Both the position numbers and the translations under genes were made by a program. Under the pieces are notes generated by a model, which worked only from the letters and a program-made list of their open reading frames with translations, was not told where the DNA came from and made no database searches. From a virus, in the IMG/VR virus record IMGVR_UViG_3300034101_003081, positions 33,386-97,385 of that record: a stretch of DNA of 64,000 bases, one strand, 5' to 3'. Of this stretch, positions 38,301 to 47,000 are shown piece after piece (the first letter of the stretch is position 1; every line of letters begins with the position of its first letter).

Positions 38301-41300
38301 CCGTCGGCGGTCTTGTACTTCGTCTCGCGAAGCATCGGATGATCTGGCGTGGCCGAGCCTGTGCCGAACCCTCGCTCGGTCATAAAGAACGAGAACTCGC
38401 CGGTCTTGGCGACCTCTTCTCGCATCTTGTCCGAGTTGGGCTTCGTGCTGCCCGGCGGATCGCCGTACGGCTCGCCATCGCCTCGCCAGGCCTTGGCCTT
38501 GAGCCCGGCCGCCACGAGGGCCTCGTACTGCCTGCCGATCTCGTCGACGAGGTCGGCGTAGGACTTCTCGGCCTCTGGAGTCAGCGACGACCCAGAAGAC
38601 GTCTGCTCGTCGGCGGCCGACGTGAGAATCTTTTCAGGCGGCGTGTCCGCGCGACCTTTTGCCCTGTCCCAGACAGACTTCGGATCGGGCGAGACGGAGT
38701 CGATGGCGTCGCGGAACTTATCGGAGCCGCGAGGGAAGGACTTGGGCAGCGACTCCTGCGTGCGGCCAGGCGAGCCTGCCGCAGGCGAGCCGTCGTCAGA
38801 GCCGCACGAGTTGTCGACGCCGCCGCCGTCGCCTGTTGGGCAGAAGGCGCGGCTGCTCTTCTTTGGAGGATTGTTCAATACAATCCACTCAGACTCCTGA
38901 AAGTCGTCAGTGCCGTCTCCGGCACTCCCGAATCTCGAAAGATCAAGGCCGGTTGCGTTCTTTAGCGTGTAGACTTGACCGCCGTACTTCTTGGCCCACT
39001 TTTCTGCGACCTGCTTGTCGGATGTCCAACCCAGGAGCGTAGAGTCGTTGTCGCTCGGTGGCTTGTCGTCGCCACGGTATAGCGTCGGGGCGGGCTCGCC
39101 GTTCTCGATGACCTCGCGGAGAATGGCTTTTGCCTGCTCTCGCATCTTCGCGCCAGATGCGGACTGCGGCGCTGGTCTTCCGCTCAACTCGTCCTTCAGG
39201 TGCAAGTCAATCTCGGAGGTGAATCCCTTCCACCTCGCAACAGCAGACTTGAGAACGCCTCCATCGCTTGAGTTGCAATCGTTCTTGATCCCGCCGCCGT
39301 CGCCCGTGGGGCAGAAGGCGCGAGACTCCTTGGCTCGCTTGGTCAGGAACTCAACCGCGAGGTCGGCGAACTCATCGTCGTCCATGCTCGCGATGAAGTC
39401 CGCGAACAGAGCCTGCTCGGGGCCGCCCTTCTGGTCGGAATACAGAGGCAGGCTCATCGGCTCGGCGATGACTCCGAGAGAACGCTTGCTCTCTCGCCGC
39501 CGCTTCTGGTAGTTCGCTGGCTCGGTGACGATCTTGCGGATCACTTCCGAGTAGAGCGAGGGCTCGCCTGGGACCGTGGTCGTGCGAGACCCAAGCGTGC
39601 CCCACGCATCCTGCTCGTCCTGCCACAGGATGTCCTGCATGTAGGCGACCGAGACTCCGGTTCGCTGGGCGGCCTCACGCATCGCGCGGATCATGTTCGC
39701 CCGCATGACCGACGTCGTCGGCGCCCGCATGACGTTGGCTTGGTTTTTCAGGATGGCAACAGCCAAGCGATCCAGTTTGTACCGCTCTGCCGTGCCAGTC
39801 CCCTTGTCGGGGTGCGGGAACTTGTCCTTCTTGTACTGCTTGTCTCTCGCCTCGGCCCAGTCGGCGATCTGCTGCGGGATGGCGCCAGTTCTCTTCATCT
39901 GGGCGACGAGCGTCCGGAACTGCCTGCCGTCCAGCCCCATCGCGGTGAGTTCCTTGCGGGGGATGTCCTTGGTCGACGCCATCAAGTCGGAGGCATGCTT
40001 CTTCGCGAGAGACTCCGACGACTTGGACACCAACTCGCCGGAGAGCCTGCCCCACGTTCTCGTGAACCAGATGTCAGCGGTGAGAGCCTCATCGTCGCCG
40101 GTGTTGTTGGCGAAGAACGGGCCAACTTTTGGGCCGAAGATGCTGAACGGCGGGACAACTTCGGCGACGGCGTAGTCATTCGCCTTGTAGCGATCGCCTT
40201 CGGTGCCAGGAACCTTCGAGAGGAAGAACTTCTCGAAGTCGCTGACCTTGATCGGCGGCCCGGTGAATATCCGGCGAGCCTCTTCAAGGCCGACACGGTC
40301 GATGATCTTCTGGAGTCTCGCGAAGTTAGCGAGCGTGTTCTCGGCTCCGGCTCCGGCAATGCGAATGCCGCTGCCGAGTTTCGCCTTGCTTGGGTCGGGC
40401 TCCTCGAAGAACGCCGTCAGCACGGCGTCCGCACGGAGCATGTTCTCGTACGGGTTCGCTTCCGGAGAAGTCAAAGCCTGAGCGGCACGGAACAGAAACT
40501 CTGCCTGCGGCGAGATGCCTTCAGACGGCTCGCACTCTCCGCTGGGGGTCTCGACGCCGACGCAGAACCCTGACGCTGTCCTGCCGCCTCGCATGAGCGG
40601 CTGAATCTTGGCGTACTCTTCGATCTGTGCCCGGCGGTCCTCTGGGCTGTAGAAGTTGGGCGAGACTCCGCGAGCCCTTGCGGACTCAACCTGGGACACG
40701 ATGCCAGACACCATGTACTCGAAGTCATCTCCTTCGAGCGGCTTCGTAGTGTCGATGGTGCGGCCACGATGCTCGGCCTGCCTAGCGACGAGGTAGTTGC
40801 CGACCGAGATCGGGTCGATCTCGTCCTTGCCTGCAAGTCCACGCACTGGCGTGGCGCCTGGGATGGACGTGGAAAGAATCTTCTTGCCGTCGTCGCTCCG
40901 CTTGGTTGGGCTCTTCTCGACAGACTCCTTGAAGACGTCGACGTGGCTCGCGCCAGGTGTCCACTTGAGCGGCTCCTGCGACGGCGATTCGGCTTTCTTC
41001 GCAGCGCGGGGTTTCTTCTCTTTTTCCTTCGACGGCGATCCGTCGCCCTTCGCGCAGTCGTTGCCCTTGGCGAACTGACCGCTCTCGGTCTGCTCGCAGT
41101 CGTCGCGATGCTCGACGCCATCGTCGAACGCACTGCGAGTCTTGTTGCGTTCCTTCAGCCGGGCAAGCATCTTCTTCATTCGCTCGAAACGCTTGTAGCC
41201 AGCAGTGGTCTGGTCCGTGAAGTCGAGCGTCAGTTCAATCGTCGTGCCGTTCTCGTTCCACCAGCGATCGCCCTCGGGCGTGGCGATCAAGTCCTGAACG

Positions 41301-44080
41301 GTCATGGCGCCGGCGTTGGCCTTCCGCTTCTGTTGTGGCGTGAGTTTGACGTCCTCCTTGATCGTGTCGATGTCGGCCCGATCAAGAGGGCCGTCGAAGC
41401 CAAACTGCGGCCACAGCCGATATCCTTGCAGGGCACTGGTCGATGTTCCTGCGGCGATCGTGTCGGCCCGGATTGCTCCGGACTTCTCGGCGACCGAGAG
41501 CGAATCCGTCATTCGCTCCAGCACGAGACTGACGATTCGCCGCCTGTCGGCCGAGTCGTCTTCCAAGTCTCCGCTGATGGAAGACATGGCGGCAGAATCG
41601 AGCGACATGCTGTCGTAGTTGACGACGAGATTCCCGTCGTCGTCCTTCATCAGCGACACCATGTTCTCGATATTTCCAAGACGGCCAGAGCCGTCCGGTG
41701 CAACTGGAATCGAAGAGTTGACGATGACGGATTCGCCGAAGGCGTCGATGCTGACTGATCCGCCAGGCCGAACACCGCCGCTGATCGCGACAACGTCCTC
41801 GACGCCTCGGACTCTTCCGAAGTCAGAGAGCGTGTCCTTCAGAGACTGGACGTCGTTCACGGCGAACGAGTCGAGGACTTCGGCGCCCTTAAATGGGGGC
41901 GACGACGAAATGGCTTCTGCGTCCATGTCGACGCTCTCTTCGTCCTCCCACGACGAGCCGCCTTCGTTTTCGTCGGCCGCGCAGTCGTTGCCGGCCCCGA
42001 ACCTTCCGCCTGCGGCTCGGCCGCAGTCGGCCCCGGCCCTGAACTCTGCCTGCTCGTCGAGCCACTCGAAGAACGCCCTCGACTGGTTGCGGGACTTGAG
42101 CCTCTTGAGCCGAGCCGCCTGCTTCTGGAATCTCGCGTAGCCGAGGCTTTTCTTGTCATTGAGGTCAATAGACATACTGAGCGTCGAGCCGTTCTCGTTC
42201 CACCAAACATCTCCCTCGTGGAACGAAATCAAGTGCTGGACGGTAATCTTGGACCGCGGCAGAGCCGCGACGAGTGCAGCGTGCGGCGGCACATAGCGAG
42301 TAGCGAACAAGTCTGGCCTCGCCGCTCGCATCAACTTCTCTACGAACTGCGGAGAAGCCTGCGAGATCGCATGCAGTTGTGTGTTTTCGAGTTCTGCATC
42401 GAACCCAAACTGCGGCCAGAGTCGGTAGCCCTTGAGGTCGTACTCCGGTCCTCCGGCGGCGGACATCTTGATGCGACTCAGGCCAGTATCATCAGCGGCG
42501 AGCATCGCTTCGATGACAGCCTGCTGCATGAGGCTCGTCGCTCTCGCAACCCGCTGCGGAGTCGCGTTGACTTCCGGGCTTGGGTGCATCCCATTTAGTC
42601 CAAGGACATGCTCTCTGCCTTCCTTGTACACGGCGATATTTACGTTGAAGTGGCCCTCAGACGGGTCTCCGTCGCGAGATAGCGGGATTTCATTTTCAAC
42701 GCTAATGTAGGCGCCGAAATCTGGATGGCCGGCGCCTGAAAATACTGCCTTGCTGCCACGAACAGTCGCGCCGCCCATCGTGGCAAGGTGGTCGAGAGAC
42801 TTGATTCCAGCCTGGGCCATTCCGCCCTGGAGAGACTGCGGGTCGGGAATATCAACGCTCGTGGCTTTGTCTGCTCCGGCGTACGGAGGCTTGTCTTTCA
42901 GGTCGCTGCCGGAGAGCAGTACAGAAGATTGCGAGTCTTGCCATGACTTGTCGACCTTGGCCGGCGACGCAGAAGGCGACTGCTCGCCAGGACTGCACGA
43001 GTTGTCGATACCGCCGCCTTCGCCGGTGGGGCAGTACGCTCGCACTTCAGCCCACGCCTCGTCGAGAATGCCGCGGCATTCGACGTCAAAGAATGCGTCG
43101 GCCAAGTCCAGGCCCCGCTTCGAGAACTTCTGGCGGATCGCCTGGAATCGCTTCCAGCCTGGGCTCTTCGAGCCGATCTTGAGCGACATCTCCATCTCGC
43201 CGCCATTCTTTTCCCACCACTCCTGGCCCTCTTTGGTCTCGTAGAGGGCCTGGATCGTGAGAGCGCCTGCGGCTTTTTCTTTCCTGGCTCGCGGTGAAAG
43301 AATCCTGTCAGACAGTCCGCTGCCGTAGGAACTGAAGAACCCCTTTGCGAGCGACCATGTCGGCGTAATGCGGCCTCGCGGGATCACCCCGTCGAATCCA
43401 AGCCTCGGCCAGATGCGATACCCGCTGAACTCCTTGTGCCTGCTGCTGCCGGCGGCCAGCATCTCGATCCGGTCGACGCCGATCTTCTCGGCCTCGACGA
43501 TGCTGCTGACCGTGCCCTTCATCATCTGCCTTGCGATCGCGACACTCGAAGCCTGTCTGGCCTTTTCGCTGACCATCAGCATCGTGTAGGACATGACGAG
43601 GTCGTCGTTCTCTTCACGCGACAGAGAGACGGCCGTCTGGGCTGCGCCCTGAACCCCTGCGATGGGCATGCTGCTGATCACGGTGACCGTGTCTTCGATC
43701 CACCGCTCTGGATCACTGCCGGTCATAAAGTCAGTCAGTGCGCGCATGCCTCCGTGGCCGATCGTGACCTGCGAGTCATGGTCAACGGCCGCGCAAGCGC
43801 GAGCGGCCTGGTCGAGCGTGACGCCGATCTCTCGCAAGGACTTATTGACGAGTTCGCCGTCGACGATCACGACGGAACTGACGCCAGCCAGTGACTTCGC
43901 CGGCGGCGACTCTTTCAGTTCGTCGCCCTTGTACACAACAGTGCCTTGCTCTCGCTTCCAACTGCTGTCGGCTTTTACTTTGCCAGCGCCGCCAGGCTCG
44001 CCAGACGAGCAGTCGTTCTTGACGCCGCCGCCTTCGCCGGTGGGACAGAAGGCCCGGTACTCTTCTTCGAGAAAAATCAC
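35390..44080 (-). CDS. Giant polyvalent head-associated protein (about 2900 aa) made of tagged enzyme-like modules
   Basis: GTG at 44080 overlaps the portal TGA. Contains nine Cys/Gly tags, four GY.[IL]WP..GFD domains, and ART-like, HhH-like, HDxxxH, GNAT and HEYAH modules. Occupies the MuF position between portal and protease. Confidence 0.85.
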   Translation of the reverse strand: MIFLEEEYRAFCPTGEGGGVKNDCSSGEPGGAGKVKADSSWKREQGTVVYKGDELKESPPAKSLAGVSSVVIVDGELVNKSLREIGVTLDQAARACAAVDHDSQVTIGHGGMRALTDFMTGSDPERWIEDTVTVISSMPIAGVQGAAQTAVSLSREENDDLVMSYTMLMVSEKARQASSVAIARQMMKGTVSSIVEAEKIGVDRIEMLAAGSSRHKEFSGYRIWPRLGFDGVIPRGRITPTWSLAKGFFSSYGSGLSDRILSPRARKEKAAGALTIQALYETKEGQEWWEKNGGEMEMSLKIGSKSPGWKRFQAIRQKFSKRGLDLADAFFDVECRGILDEAWAEVRAYCPTGEGGGIDNSCSPGEQSPSASPAKVDKSWQDSQSSVLLSGSDLKDKPPYAGADKATSVDIPDPQSLQGGMAQAGIKSLDHLATMGGATVRGSKAVFSGAGHPDFGAYISVENEIPLSRDGDPSEGHFNVNIAVYKEGREHVLGLNGMHPSPEVNATPQRVARATSLMQQAVIEAMLAADDTGLSRIKMSAAGGPEYDLKGYRLWPQFGFDAELENTQLHAISQASPQFVEKLMRAARPDLFATRYVPPHAALVAALPRSKITVQHLISFHEGDVWWNENGSTLSMSIDLNDKKSLGYARFQKQAARLKRLKSRNQSRAFFEWLDEQAEFRAGADCGRAAGGRFGAGNDCAADENEGGSSWEDEESVDMDAEAISSSPPFKGAEVLDSFAVNDVQSLKDTLSDFGRVRGVEDVVAISGGVRPGGSVSIDAFGESVIVNSSIPVAPDGSGRLGNIENMVSLMKDDDGNLVVNYDSMSLDSAAMSSISGDLEDDSADRRRIVSLVLERMTDSLSVAEKSGAIRADTIAAGTSTSALQGYRLWPQFGFDGPLDRADIDTIKEDVKLTPQQKRKANAGAMTVQDLIATPEGDRWWNENGTTIELTLDFTDQTTAGYKRFERMKKMLARLKERNKTRSAFDDGVEHRDDCEQTESGQFAKGNDCAKGDGSPSKEKEKKPRAAKKAESPSQEPLKWTPGASHVDVFKESVEKSPTKRSDDGKKILSTSIPGATPVRGLAGKDEIDPISVGNYLVARQAEHRGRTIDTTKPLEGDDFEYMVSGIVSQVESARARGVSPNFYSPEDRRAQIEEYAKIQPLMRGGRTASGFCVGVETPSGECEPSEGISPQAEFLFRAAQALTSPEANPYENMLRADAVLTAFFEEPDPSKAKLGSGIRIAGAGAENTLANFARLQKIIDRVGLEEARRIFTGPPIKVSDFEKFFLSKVPGTEGDRYKANDYAVAEVVPPFSIFGPKVGPFFANNTGDDEALTADIWFTRTWGRLSGELVSKSSESLAKKHASDLMASTKDIPRKELTAMGLDGRQFRTLVAQMKRTGAIPQQIADWAEARDKQYKKDKFPHPDKGTGTAERYKLDRLAVAILKNQANVMRAPTTSVMRANMIRAMREAAQRTGVSVAYMQDILWQDEQDAWGTLGSRTTTVPGEPSLYSEVIRKIVTEPANYQKRRRESKRSLGVIAEPMSLPLYSDQKGGPEQALFADFIASMDDDEFADLAVEFLTKRAKESRAFCPTGDGGGIKNDCNSSDGGVLKSAVARWKGFTSEIDLHLKDELSGRPAPQSASGAKMREQAKAILREVIENGEPAPTLYRGDDKPPSDNDSTLLGWTSDKQVAEKWAKKYGGQVYTLKNATGLDLSRFGSAGDGTDDFQESEWIVLNNPPKKSSRAFCPTGDGGGVDNSCGSDDGSPAAGSPGRTQESLPKSFPRGSDKFRDAIDSVSPDPKSVWDRAKGRADTPPEKILTSAADEQTSSGSSLTPEAEKSYADLVDEIGRQYEALVAAGLKAKAWRGDGEPYGDPPGSTKPNSDKMREEVAKTGEFSFFMTERGFGTGSATPDHPMLRETKYKTADGEPMIANDLFRVVHDMVAHVRGGYSFSTNGEYNGMLTHASTLPESAWPALFAETFGQNAVYEKTGNYAAQNAYASKIGPEIIKAELAKRKKKSSRAEGKGDGDEPLGYQHIKVRPWLMQSPEESRAFCPTGDGGGVKNDCSSKDGGSSGDAVRQPSWMGKVDATGSTKHGKWFLEQNTKGNKPPGRDEAASHVVSLLDDKSKVKAFVHVDLSSDKKALYVHYSEVSKPFRGQGAYKSLLDSMSEQFDVISDEEHNVAPAAKKAYESLGARLNRYGRYVLEKNRRNARAFCPTGEGGGVDNSCSADDSPGQATASPGGDRWSSSESLTWPETSRDSSSPPLGDGRYGSINISAPKTVKSSLDAAGIDPKLAPMVAGGSEDSDVFVRPAPDFSMEFPDSKVTPVMFAFERDFAGVGGGLHGSSVIGVTAAGETVVYHSTVNVADAIKGDDAKRHAAAREFYRAMVSSVEAARKSGVSRIVLNAAGNSSATKGGVTATPWRGYTIWPRMGFDAPLPASIKSKLPPDLSHAKSLLDLHATPEGTRWWRDNGEDLDVTFDLKDRSSPQSKIMDRFIKKFGTDRREMPLGSGDEWLSPEDMLRLDEMWNEIWDDGELDDYEWVESRSADCGRDDDGRFGPKNDCQDKGSGQESPRPSKGAYSDAANPLAIKRVREHVDRGNAKHAAEDIAFLMESMPPSEVAKQLGFTSFDIDGSFDRDASKKPGFFSFLTGDPAKSAANHLAKLALAAKHAPGLKDSSFNFSKFNATVDTFAAEAGITSIIEKIRLAASMVGAKAACNLKNGEITVIQDRADDEKSLSRAYDRGWFSTDDPSHYVLHEYAHKLQHDVIASWAGGKDKVTSDFVGRFRNQVMDAISAIHNNQYFRADHSQPKPPAGASKDMLDRAMDVSMYGMTDPLEFLAEYWTGVTLGYVRNDEQFDEVFKAVDMKPPRKSDAAQSKYGESGIADRRREKKKRK

Positions 44081-47000
44081 GTCGAGAACTTTCCATTCGT
44101 GACCGCAGACAGAAGCCGCATGACGTCGTCGCCGTAGTCCTTCCCAGACCACAAGCCAGCCAGAGTCTCTGCGACGAACTCACGGTGGCTCGTCGCTGCG
44201 TAGCGAGAGACGCTCTCGGCGACCTTTCGGCCCTCGTCGCCGAATGAGAGAGCAGAAGAAGCCTCGTACGACTCTTCGTCGGCCAAGGCGTGATGGCGAT
44301 GAGCCAGTTCGTGAAGCAGCGGATTCGGCTGCGAGAGCCAGCCGCGTGCAGAGGCCAGCCGGAACGAGGCAACAGCCTCGTGGTTCAGAGATTCAGAAAC
44401 GTAGATTGAGTCCGTGTCGAGGTCGTACTCGGCAATAGCCCTGCATTCGGCTGCTGGCCGAAACACAACGCTCGGGACGTCGACCTCGCCGGACTCTCTC
44501 AGTTCTGCGGCGAGGTCTTCTGCTGCTTGGCTGCCCGCTCGACCCTGACCCTCTCCCTCATCGCCTCGATCGCCGCCGCGATCTCGTCCGCCTTCGCCCC
44601 CGACGGGAAGTCGAACCGCACGAGTTTCTCTTTTTGGCCTTGTTCGTCTGCCATCGTATTCATCCTTTCTGATTTCTTTCTTTTCGTTCAAATCCCAGAT
44701 CGCGAGTTGACTCGTCGACTCAGCCGAATCAATGGCGTCGTTGATGTCGTCAAACGGCTCCGACAGATCAAGGTACACCGCATCTTCTTCGGCATTGTAC
44801 CAGCCGCCGATGTGAAGTGCAGGCCTGTCTGCGAACTTAGACTTGTTCTCATCCAAGAACTTGGAGATCACCTGTCCTGTGACTTTCTGCCCAGACGGAA
44901 CAATGGTCTCTGACTCGGGAACGACAGACACCATGTAGCCAGACGTGGGACTCGACTCCGAAACAGGATGGATAGAGAAGCCCTTAGTCTTTTCGAGAGA
45001 CTTGATCGCCATGTCTGCGATTCGGTCAGACTTGGCGCTGCTGCTTTCTTTGCCGCTGCCGCCCCCTGTGCCGCCGCCTGTGTCGGGAGCAAGTTTTTCT
45101 CCAGCGCCGCACGAATTGTCGATCCCGCCGCCTACGCCCGTCGGGCAGAACGCCCGCTGTTGCTTGCCCTTCTTGGCGATGCGACCGCCAGTCTTGAGGG
45201 ACGAGTCGTCGCGGTGAGCAGAGACAGGGTACTCTTTGCCTCTGTTGTAGAGCCGGTCGCTGATCTTCTCGGGGAACGCTGGCTTGGCGAGCGACTCGAT
45301 CTTCGACGCCTGATCTTTCGACAGCGTCTTGCCGACAGGGACAATGCCAGCGCCGCTGTAGCCCATCTCCACGTAGAAGATGTCTTTGCCGGACGAGTCG
45401 CGAACGCTGATGCCGATCTTGTCGCCAGCAACTTTTGCCGACGACCGGCCAGGCTTGCCGCCGAGTTGACGCACCAAGTCCTTGATGCGACGCTCGGACG
45501 TGCCCATCTGGTACAGTTTCTTGGCGACGCGAGTCTGCTTTTTGTCGCCTTCGCCGCGACGAAAGCCGCGGACAGGATCGTCGCTTTCGCTGGCGCCGGC
45601 TCCTGTGCCACAGTCGCGAGACTCCGGCATGCTCAGTTTCTCTTCAGGAATGATCCACAGTTTGCAGATCGCGTTTGGAGAGATGATTCCCTTCACGACC
45701 TCGCACGATCCGCCCTCTTCGTAGTAGATGCAGTTCCGGCATGCGATGCCGCGAGACGCGAAGGGATTCTTCTCCATGTAGTGAGCGCCGCTCGGGCCCT
45801 GCTGCGGCCAGCGACCACTCTTCTTGACGATCTCTTCCTGGGCGTCGTACAGGGCCTGGTTCTGCGGCGAGAGGGCTCGCTTCTCTTGGATCGGCTTGAG
45901 TTGCGAGACCTTGATTCCAGCCTCTTCGCCTGTCTCTTCGTCGACGACGAGGGCTACTGGCTCGCCTGGCTGGACTTCGATCTTCTCGCCGGACTTGAGG
46001 TCAAGCGTGCCCTTCTCCATGACATGCTTGACGCGGCCAGTCTTGCCGTCGCCGTAAGAAACAAGCACGCCTTCTTCTTTCGGCTTCGACTGCTCGCCAT
46101 GCTCGGCAGGGTTCGGAGACTTGCCAGTCTTGACCTCCGGAAGACTCGGCACGCCTCCTTGGGCCGGCGGCGGCGGGCCGCCTGGTGCGGGGTCCATCAT
46201 CGGGTCAGGCTTCGGCTTGACTGCATCTTCGAGGGTCTGCATGTTCATGCCGACGAAGTGCTTGTCGCCGTTTTCGAGCGGCGCCATGTTCTCCAGCCGG
46301 CGGCAGTCGTTGATCGAAAAAATCCCGAGGTTCGTCATCGTGGAGTAGTAGCCAGCGCGAGAGTTGGAGTCCCCTCGCATCAGCCCGCGGACGTCGAACT
46401 CGGCAACGAACAAGTCGTCGTTGTAGATCAGCGACCGAGAGATCGCGCTCTCGATGCGACGCAGCCAAGGCACCAGCGTGTAGGTGACGAAGTCCTGGCC
46501 CTCGATCTCCGGGTTGCCGCCCGACTGGCCCTGCACGAGCCTGAGAGGCAAGCGATAGACCCTCGCGATCTCTTCAGACTGAAACCTTCGCGTGGACTCG
46601 AACTGCGACTGCTCGGCCGTGAAGCCGACAGGCTCGACCTTGAGTCCGTTGGTGAGGATCGCCGTCTTGTACGCACGATCGACGCCGCGATGGAGTCTCT
46701 CCCAATTGTCTCGCAGCCGCTCGGCGGCCTCGGGCGAGAGCGATGCGTCTGTCTGTAGCACCATGCCAGGCCGGGCAGAGTTCGCCCAGAACTTGGCAGC
46801 GTGAATCTCGCAGGCCCTCGCGAGAGCAATCGCCTCGCGGGCAACCTCGACCGGGACCATGCCCTTGATGCCGTCGGGCTCCGGCGTCCACCGGACGTGC
46901 ATGATCTGGTCTTGCGTGGACGGCTCCAGCCTGCCCGTTTCTGGATTCGTGTACATGTAGCGAAGGCGGCCGTTTTCAAGCCGCTCCACTTCCATGCGAG

